DNA of 5,595 nucleotides from Tubiluchus corallicola (Eukaryota; Animalia; Priapulida). The stretch lies in assembly GCA_030141605.1 (NCBI GenBank), contig JAQGDQ010002258.1, positions 1 to 5,595 on the forward strand. The letters run 5' to 3'. The translations under genes were made by a program, and so were the position numbers. How positions within the stretch are numbered: position 1 is the stretch's first letter; each line of letters starts with the position of its first letter. The notes below the pieces were generated by a model, which was not told the DNA's origin, ran no database searches, and worked only from the letters and a program-made list of their open reading frames with translations. This document shows positions 1-5,595 of the stretch, piece by piece.

Positions 1-1
1 A

Positions 2-178
2 GATACATACATACATACATACATACATACATACATACATACATACATACATACATACATACAACATACATACATACATACATACATACATACATACATA
101 CATACATACATACATACATACATACATACATACATACATACATACATACATACATACATTCATACATACATACATACA

Positions 179-210
<32 letters not shown>

Positions 211-213
211 CAT
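2..213. repeat. (ATAC)n / (GTAT)n tetranucleotide microsatellite, ~210 bp, probably intronic
   Basis: Directly visible, near-perfect ATAC array with minor interruptions near 63, 160 and 208. It begins at the window edge. Confidence 0.98.
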
Positions 214-268
214 GAAACTCCAATTACCATTATGTTGTGCAACAAATACTTGAGTTTCTTCACCAAAA

Positions 269-294
269 TTTTTTTCAATTGTTCTTTTTTCTAG
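269..294 (+). other. Polypyrimidine tract and 3' splice acceptor (phase-2 intron) opening the large exon
   Basis: tttttttcaattgttcttttttcTAG|tggttgc, with AG at 293-294. The long frame is closed by TGA at 251-253, and the track's start codon at 311 is TTG, not ATG. Confidence 0.75.
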
Positions 295-3200
295 TGGTTG
301 CAAATTTCTTTTGAAACGCAATTCATTGTTGATGTCACAAAGACAGCCTTCAAGAATCGATTCTTCGCACGAATTTGACAGCGAGACTTGGGTATCCGTT
401 GTGGAGACTGTTACAGAAAATTTGGATGACTCTCCAGATGACATTTCAGTTTTTACCACACCAGATGCATGTGAAACGACCTTTAGCACTTTTGTAGAGA
501 ATGAAACAACTGGACATGTTCTAGAAGATAGAGAAAATCCCGTGGATCAGCTTGAATCAAATGGAGCTGTTAGAAACTTAATTCTTATCCGGCATAATTT
601 ATCAGATGTTAATCTGTCACTCAACGTAGAGAAGCCAGGCTATGAAAGGCCATTTCACACAGAATCTGAATCAAATCGAATTACTTCTGGTCATGAGCCA
701 CCAGACCTCATTTTATCACACCTTTACGGCAGATTGCAGAAGTCAGGTAGCGTACCAACAGATGGCGACCAGAAGGATGATAATCGTACAACACGAGAGC
801 TTCCCGCTTTGGAACACATGTCTTCTGGCTACAGTCTGCCGACAAACTCTGAACAGAGTGATGGTACTAAACCCCCAAGACCACCAAGCTATGGAAGGGT
901 AAGGAAAAGAAATGAAGAAAAAGCAAATCAGAAAATAAGACCACCAGATGGCAGCAGAAATGATTCCCTGAAAAATGTAAGCCAAGATGTTCTTGACTCT
1001 TCACAAACCCATTCTGGTTACGAATTACCAGCTATTGCTCAGCGAAATTCTTATGACATACCAAACGCTCCAAAAAGGAGTAGCAACTCAAGGAAATTCC
1101 GTTACGACTTCTCAGTATCCAAACTGTCAGCCACCAGCGGCAGCAAAAATACACCTCAAGGTTTTGAGTGCCAACCACGTACACATTCTGGTTATGATAT
1201 ACCAGCAAATACTCAACCACATGTTTACGATGAACTAGTTAAACCTGGTAGGGTGGCGCTGGCTGCTGGACAACCAGAAATGAAAGAAACGTCACTAGCC
1301 ACACCTGGCCAAAATAAATCAGTATTTGAAAAAGATGGGCAGCGTCCACTGTCCTCTTCTGGTTATGATATACCAGCAAATACTCAACCACATGTTTACG
1401 ATAAACTAGTTAAACCTGGTAGGGTGGTGCTGGCTGCTGGACAACCAGAAATGAAAGAAATGTCACTAGCCACGCCAGGCCAAAATAAATCAGTATTTGA
1501 AAAAGATAGGCAGTGTCCACTGCCCTCTTCTGGTTATGATATACCAGCAAATACTCAACCACATGTTTACGATGAACTAGTTAAACCTGGTAGGGTGGTG
1601 CTGGCTGCTGGACAGTCAGAAATGAAAGACATGTCACTAGCCACACCAGGCCAAAATAAATCAGTGTTTGAAAAAGATAGGCAGTGTCCACTGCCCTCTT
1701 CTGGTTATGATATACCAGCAAATACTCAACCACATGTTTACGATGAACTAGTTAAACCTGATAGGGTGGTGCTGGCTGCTGGACAGTCAGAAATGAAAGA
1801 CAAGTCACTAGCCACACCAGGCCAAAATAAATCAGTGTTTGAAAAAGATAGGCAGTGTCAACTGCCCTCTTCTGGTTATAATATACCAGCAAATACTAAA
1901 CAACAGTCCTACGATGAACCAACTAAACCTGGTAGGGTGGCGCTGGCTGTTCGACAACTAGAATTGAAAGAAATGTCACTAGCCACACCAGGCCAAAATA
2001 AATCAGTATTTGAAAAAGATAGGCAGCGTCCACTGCCCTCTTCTGGTTATGATATACCAGCAAATACTCAACCACATGTTTACGATGAACTAGTTAAACC
2101 TGGTACCGTGGTGCTGGCTGCTGGACAACCTGAGAAGAAAGAAACGTCACTAGCCACACCAGGCCAAAATAAATCAGTGTTTGAAAAAGATAGGCAGTGT
2201 CCACTGCCCTCTTCTGGTTATGATATACCAGCAAATACTCAACCACATGTTTACGATGAACTAGTTAAACCTGGTAGGGTGGTGCTGGCTGCTGGACAAT
2301 CAGAAATGAAAGAAATGTCACTAGCCACACCAGGCCAAAATAAATCAGTATTTGAAAAGGATAGGCAGTGTCAACTGCCCTCTTCTGGTTATGATATACC
2401 AGCAAATACTCAGCCACATGTTTACGATGAACTAGTTAAACCTGGTAGGGTGGTGCTGGCTGCTGGACAACCTGAAAAGAAAGAAACGTCACTAGCCACA
2501 CCAGGCCAAAATAAATCAGTATTTGAAAAAGATAGGCAGTGTCAACTGCCCTCTTCTGGTTATGATATACCAGCAAATACTCAACCACATGTTTACGATG
2601 AACTAGTTAAACCTGGTAGGGTGGTGCTGGCTGCTGGACAGTCAGAAATGAAAGAAATGTCACTAGCCACACCAGGCCAAAATAAATCAGTATTTGAAAA
2701 AGATAGGCAGCGTCCACTGCCCTCTTCTGGTTATGATATACCAGCAAATACTCAGCCACATGTTTACGATGAACTAGTTAAACCTGGTACCGTGGTGCTG
2801 GCTGCTGGACAACCTGAGAAGAAAGAAACGTCACTAGCCACACCAGGCCAAAATAAATCAGTGTTTGAAAAAGATAGGCAGTGTCCACTGCCCTCTTCTG
2901 GTTATGATATACCAGCAAATACTCAACCACATGTTTACGATGAACTAGTTAAACCTGATAGGGTGGTGCTGGCTGCTGGACAGTCAGAAATGAAAGACAT
3001 GTCACTAGCCACACCAGGCCAAAATAAATCAGTATTTGAAAAAGATAGGCAGGGTCCACTGCCCTCTTCCGGTTACGATATACCAGCAAATACTAAACAA
3101 CAGTCCTACGATGAACCAACTAAACATAAGCAAGCCAAAAAGAACAGAAGACGTCACGAAAGTGCATCAGCAGAGAAAGCAGAATCGAAGAAGTCATATC

Positions 3201-3313
3201 TCCTTTGTACGATCGAAGAAGCAGCACGATACCAAGATTACAGACGTGGTGTAAGACAAAGAAGTGGCTTGTTACACATTAACAATGTTCCATATAGCAG
3301 TGATAATTGTTAA
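295..3313 (+). CDS. Large, probably terminal coding exon: ~1000-aa tyrosine-motif tandem-repeat protein region (putative SH2-docking scaffold or receptor cytoplasmic tail)
   Basis: Stop-free 3-kb frame (track 311-3313; first in-frame ATG at 332; codons resume at 296 as GCKFLLKRNS after the acceptor). About 890 bp of open frame lies before the array. Rich in S/P/Q/K/E with no hydrophobic segment or recognisable folded domain. I count 18 YxxP motifs and 9 YDEL + 1 YDKL. Function is inferred from motifs only. Confidence 0.85.
635..1186 (+). repeat. Degenerate older copies of the SGYxxP...Y cassette upstream of the array
   Basis: PGYERP (635), SGHEPPDLILSHLYGRL (686), SGYSLPTNSEQSDGTKP (824) and SGYELPAIAQRNSYDIP (1013). 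The last lies 174 bp before unit 1. Confidence 0.65.
1187..3125 (+). repeat. Coding minisatellite: 11 full + 1 partial copies of a 171-bp (57-codon) unit
   Basis: Units start (tctggttat.., SGY) at 1187, 1358, 1529, 1700, 1871, 2042, 2213, 2384, 2555, 2726, 2897 and 3068, exactly 171 bp apart with no indels. Representative unit: SGYDIPANTQPHVYDELVKPGRVVLAAGQ(P/S)EMKEMSLATPGQNKSVFEKDRQCPLPS. Confidence 0.98.
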
Positions 3314-3532
3314 GACAAGAACATTGACAGCACAACGTCACGTATTGTTGAACGAAATGCTTGTACGATTTCTTGTGTAGGTTTTTGGCGTGAAGATTTA
3401 AATTTTAGCGCTAAACAACCTAAAGGCTAATGTAAAATCAACGGACATTGAAGTTTTTCAACGCGTTATTATGATTAAACAAAGAATTCATAGTTATTTT
3501 TAAACAAAAGAGACATAAAGTAAATAACTTAC

Positions 3533-3580
3533 CTTTTTCTGGCAAATTTCGAACACGTTTATTGCTGGGAAGATCGCCAT
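3533..3580 (-). CDS. Candidate first exon of a minus-strand gene (MAIFPAINVFEICQKK, phase-0 donor); may instead be a non-coding 5' exon
   Basis: The minus strand reads ggcgcgaaacATGGCG...cagaaaAAG|GTAAGTtattt: good initiation context, 16 whole codons and a full-consensus splice donor. No downstream exon was identified in the window. Confidence 0.45.
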
Positions 3581-3720
3581 GTTTCGCGCCTTTGTCGGGT
3601 ATGAGTGAGAATGATGTTACTTTTTACAGAAATCGTCGTTGGTTACTGATGTTTGATCATCGATTTTTGGTGACCTCGTGACTGTACTCATTACGTCATT
3701 GGCAACGTAAAATGGCTCTT
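3581..3720 (-). promoter_or_regulatory. Candidate promoter for the minus-strand exon
   Basis: Locally CpG-richer than the AT-rich flanks. CCAAT on the minus strand (attgg 3698-3702), CRE/ATF-like TTACGTCA (3691-3698), and YY1-like AACATGGCG overlapping the ATG. These are short motifs and could occur by chance. Confidence 0.35.
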
Positions 3721-3787
3721 AATACGTAATACTCCTAACAAAGAATTTATAAAAAATCAAAAGAAACGAGTTTTACAGTAAGTTTAT

Positions 3788-3798
3788 AATAAAATAAA
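3788..3798 (+). other. Possible polyadenylation signals for the + gene (overlapping AATAAA x2; ATTAAA also at 3474-3479)
   Basis: First AATAAA hexamers I find downstream of the stop at 3313. Weak evidence in AT-rich DNA. Confidence 0.25.
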
Positions 3799-4068
3799 TT
3801 GAATATTCGTAATGAGGGTAGGACTTTAAGTTGTAAAAGCTTATATTATGATGAGGTGTAGTTTGATTTTAAGTTACTTTAAGTAACATAATTGATAATA
3901 AACAAAACTGCTAAAACGCCATGCATGAAGAGGTAAAAATTGTTGCTCAGTTGTAAAGGTAAAATAAATCTATTATAATTTTTATTTACTGCATCACTAC
4001 AAATAAACTTAATAATTTACCAGCAATACAGCCATCAAATTAGCATATATTTTAAGGAAGATGCTGTT

Positions 4069-4104
4069 GATGAAGATGATAATGATGATGAAGATGATAA
4101 TGAT
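4069..4104. repeat. Imperfect (GAT)n tract made of two exact 18-bp copies, GATGAAGATGATAATGAT
   Basis: Copies at 4069-4086 and 4087-4104. Confidence 0.85.
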
Positions 4105-4437
4105 GAACAGTTTGATAGAATCTAATCTCAATTATTCATACTAATGTGCTGAAATCTATAGCTTAATCAAAAGTATATATCAATAGCTTATATCATTCTT
4201 TAGTTACTTATTAAATAGTTTTTAACCCATAGCCGACCATGTGGTTTTTATATTGCAATAAAGACCAAGCGGAGTAAAAATTACCACATGAAAGTTTTGC
4301 TTAATATGTGTTACTAACTGGACAGAATGACCAACTGGTAATCGAGGTGCTCCTGTTAGTACAAAACCAAGTTCTGTAGCAAGTTGGCATAGATATATGA
4401 GGCCACCAAGGATTAAATAAGGTTTTCCACCATTGCA

Positions 4438-4492
4438 CTACATTGTTTTTGCTACATTGTTTATGCTACATTGTTTATGCTACATTGTTTAT
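4438..4492. repeat. 14-bp minisatellite CTACATTGTTTATG, ~4 copies
   Basis: Copies start at 4438, 4452, 4466 and 4480; the first has one mismatch. Confidence 0.9.
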
Positions 4493-4631
4493 ACTTGGTT
4501 TTTCAAGTCTTCCACTTCGTTTTCACAAATTTTATCTTCATCAGCTTCAAACTTCGTTACCTGTACTGCTAAAGTTCCCGCCATATTAATAAGCAATGTC
4601 CAAAAACTTTTATATGAAATTTCCTCAACAG

Positions 4632-4658
4632 ATCAATCAATCAATCAATCAATCAATC
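4632..4658. repeat. (ATCA)n / (TTGA)n microsatellite, ~6.75 units
   Basis: Directly visible. Confidence 0.9.
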
Positions 4659-4919
4659 TATTTATTTCACTCCAGCATTAGATATACAATACATCAACAT
4701 ACAATATTATAGAAAGAGAAAGAAACAGTATAGGTAAAAAAACGTTGATGAAGTCAAATTAACCAAATAAAAGAGTTGCTGTATGACACATTGAAAGCTT
4801 GGCTTGTTAAGGTGGTACAAATGAGTGAATGAAAGAATGGTTATGGTCAGAAGAAATGATGGAATGGAAAAATAGTAAGATTAGGGATAGGAAAAAGGAA
4901 GAGAGGAGAAGAAACGACC
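4632..4919 (-). mobile_element. Possible 5'-truncated non-LTR retroposon 3' end (CR1/L2-like tail architecture)
   Basis: The minus strand shows a pyrimidine-rich UTR-like stretch, then AATAAA (4666-4661) followed almost at once by a (GATT)n tail. ACAGAT occurs at both ends (4628-4633 and 4920-4925). No reverse transcriptase coding sequence is visible. Confidence 0.4.
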
Positions 4920-5200
4920 ACAGATTGTTAGAAAAACCTCTTTGCAGAATTGCAGGCTGTAATTAGGAGGTTTGCAGCACTTCTCAGTTTCAAAAGTAAA
5001 CGTATGGCACCCCCAGAAAGAAATATACTGCAAAGTAACTTACTGACAAAAGCCAAAGTTTTGCCTACATTAAAGACTTTGGGGAAATAAGTTATCCCAC
5101 ATCAGTTAGTATCTGGCACTCGTTCCTTCCAAAAAAGCATGAATAATCGTTTTTAACAAAACCAAGGTATAGTTGCATAACAATTCGAAAAATTAAATTT

Positions 5201-5254
5201 CTGTGTTGCAATGATTACTCACAGCATTTTTTAAGGTTCTGGGTTCGATTCTTG
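5201..5254 (+). pseudogene. Decayed tRNA-like sequence or tRNA-derived SINE head
   Basis: B-box/T-loop match GGTTCGATTC (5242-5251) in the context AAGGTTCTGGGTTCGATTC, with a degenerate A-box-like CTGTGTTGCAATGATTA ~40 bp upstream. I cannot fold a full cloverleaf. Confidence 0.3.
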
Positions 5255-5595
5255 TAAATGTACAAATGTTTTTGCGAATCCATTTATTCCATTGACTCTA
5301 TTGACATTTATTAAGTAAATATTCATCGAGACGAAAGGGCAAATTTGTTTTGCTGGCAAGTTAAGCAGCGTCATCATTGGTATGTGGCGCCATCTGTCTG
5401 CAAGATTTGTATATTAGCGCTGATTGAATTATAACTAATTCGAATCTGTCGCATTTTTTTCGTTTTGCGTGCATAGTATTTTTTCCGAATTGTAGCGCAA
5501 AACTTAAACATCTTAATATAACTTAATCTTATAGAAATATAAAACAGTAATAAGTGTTGGAACTGCCAAATAGAATCGAAATTGAATTTGAAAAT

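Noticed and set aside
160-489. 109-aa minus-strand ORF
   Set aside because: It is antisense to the main exon and ends in translated microsatellite (MYVC repeats).
642-1238. Short overlapping ORFs 642-902, 743-985, 987-1238 and 1032-1220
   Set aside because: Alternative-frame or antisense shadows of the 1000-aa frame with no recognisable features.
1187-3067. Neuropeptide precursor releasing pQPHVYDELVKP-amide at G-R sites
   Set aside because: The G-R signal is lost in 4 of 11 full units (DR in 4 and 11, GT in 6 and 10) while the tyrosines never change. There are no regular dibasic sites or acidic spacers. Not fully excluded without the N-terminal exons.
1187-3067. Extracellular glycoprotein repeat (NKS sequon in each full unit)
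   Set aside because: Not mucin-like, the Cys is variable and unpaired, and the sequon is absent from the older degenerate cassettes, where the tyrosine motif persists.
1187-3125. CRISPR array or alpha-satellite (171-bp period)
   Set aside because: Units are contiguous with no unique spacers and stay in one open frame. The 171-bp length equals 57 codons, so the match to the alpha-satellite monomer length looks coincidental.
3036-3254. 72-aa + strand ORF
   Set aside because: Out-of-frame shadow of the main CDS end.
3299-3313. C-terminal Cys as a prenylation (CaaX) signal
   Set aside because: The protein ends SSDNC, with Cys as the last residue rather than fourth from the end, and there is no CC or CxC motif.
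295-3313. Assignment as p130Cas/BCAR1, Dok or Gab orthologue
   Set aside because: Only short YxxP motifs are shared. No SH3, PH, PTB or Cas C-terminal helical domain is visible in the window.
4561-4584. Second minus-strand start exon (aatATGGCG..CAG|GTAACG; MAGTLAVQ)
   Set aside because: The donor is weaker, I see no promoter-like context, and eight codons is too little to support a call.
4433-4681. 82-aa + strand ORF
   Set aside because: It starts at TTG and is built partly from the 14-bp minisatellite and the (ATCA)n tract. The Ser-rich middle looks like the antisense of GAA/GAT-rich sequence.

Overview
AT-rich eukaryotic, most likely animal (invertebrate-like) genomic DNA; the taxon is an inference. 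An (ATAC)n microsatellite (2-213) and a pyrimidine tract ending in a TAG acceptor (293-294) precede one very large + strand coding exon (about 295-3313, ~1000 aa, probably not the start of the gene). It encodes a low-complexity, probably disordered polypeptide. Its core is an indel-free tandem array of 11 full plus 1 partial 171-bp (57-aa) units (1187-3125). Every unit carries a paired tyrosine cassette, SGYDIP-x7-YDEL/YDEP, which resembles Crk/Nck-type SH2 docking sites in ITAM-like spacing. Older, degenerate copies of the cassette lie upstream of the array. About 220 bp past the stop codon is a candidate minus-strand first exon (3580-3533; aaacATGGCG...AAG|GTAAGT) with promoter-like motifs, transcribed towards the big exon. 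The rest is AT-rich non-coding DNA with small tandem repeats, a possible 5'-truncated retroposon 3' end and a decayed tRNA-like relic. No gene symbol can be assigned.
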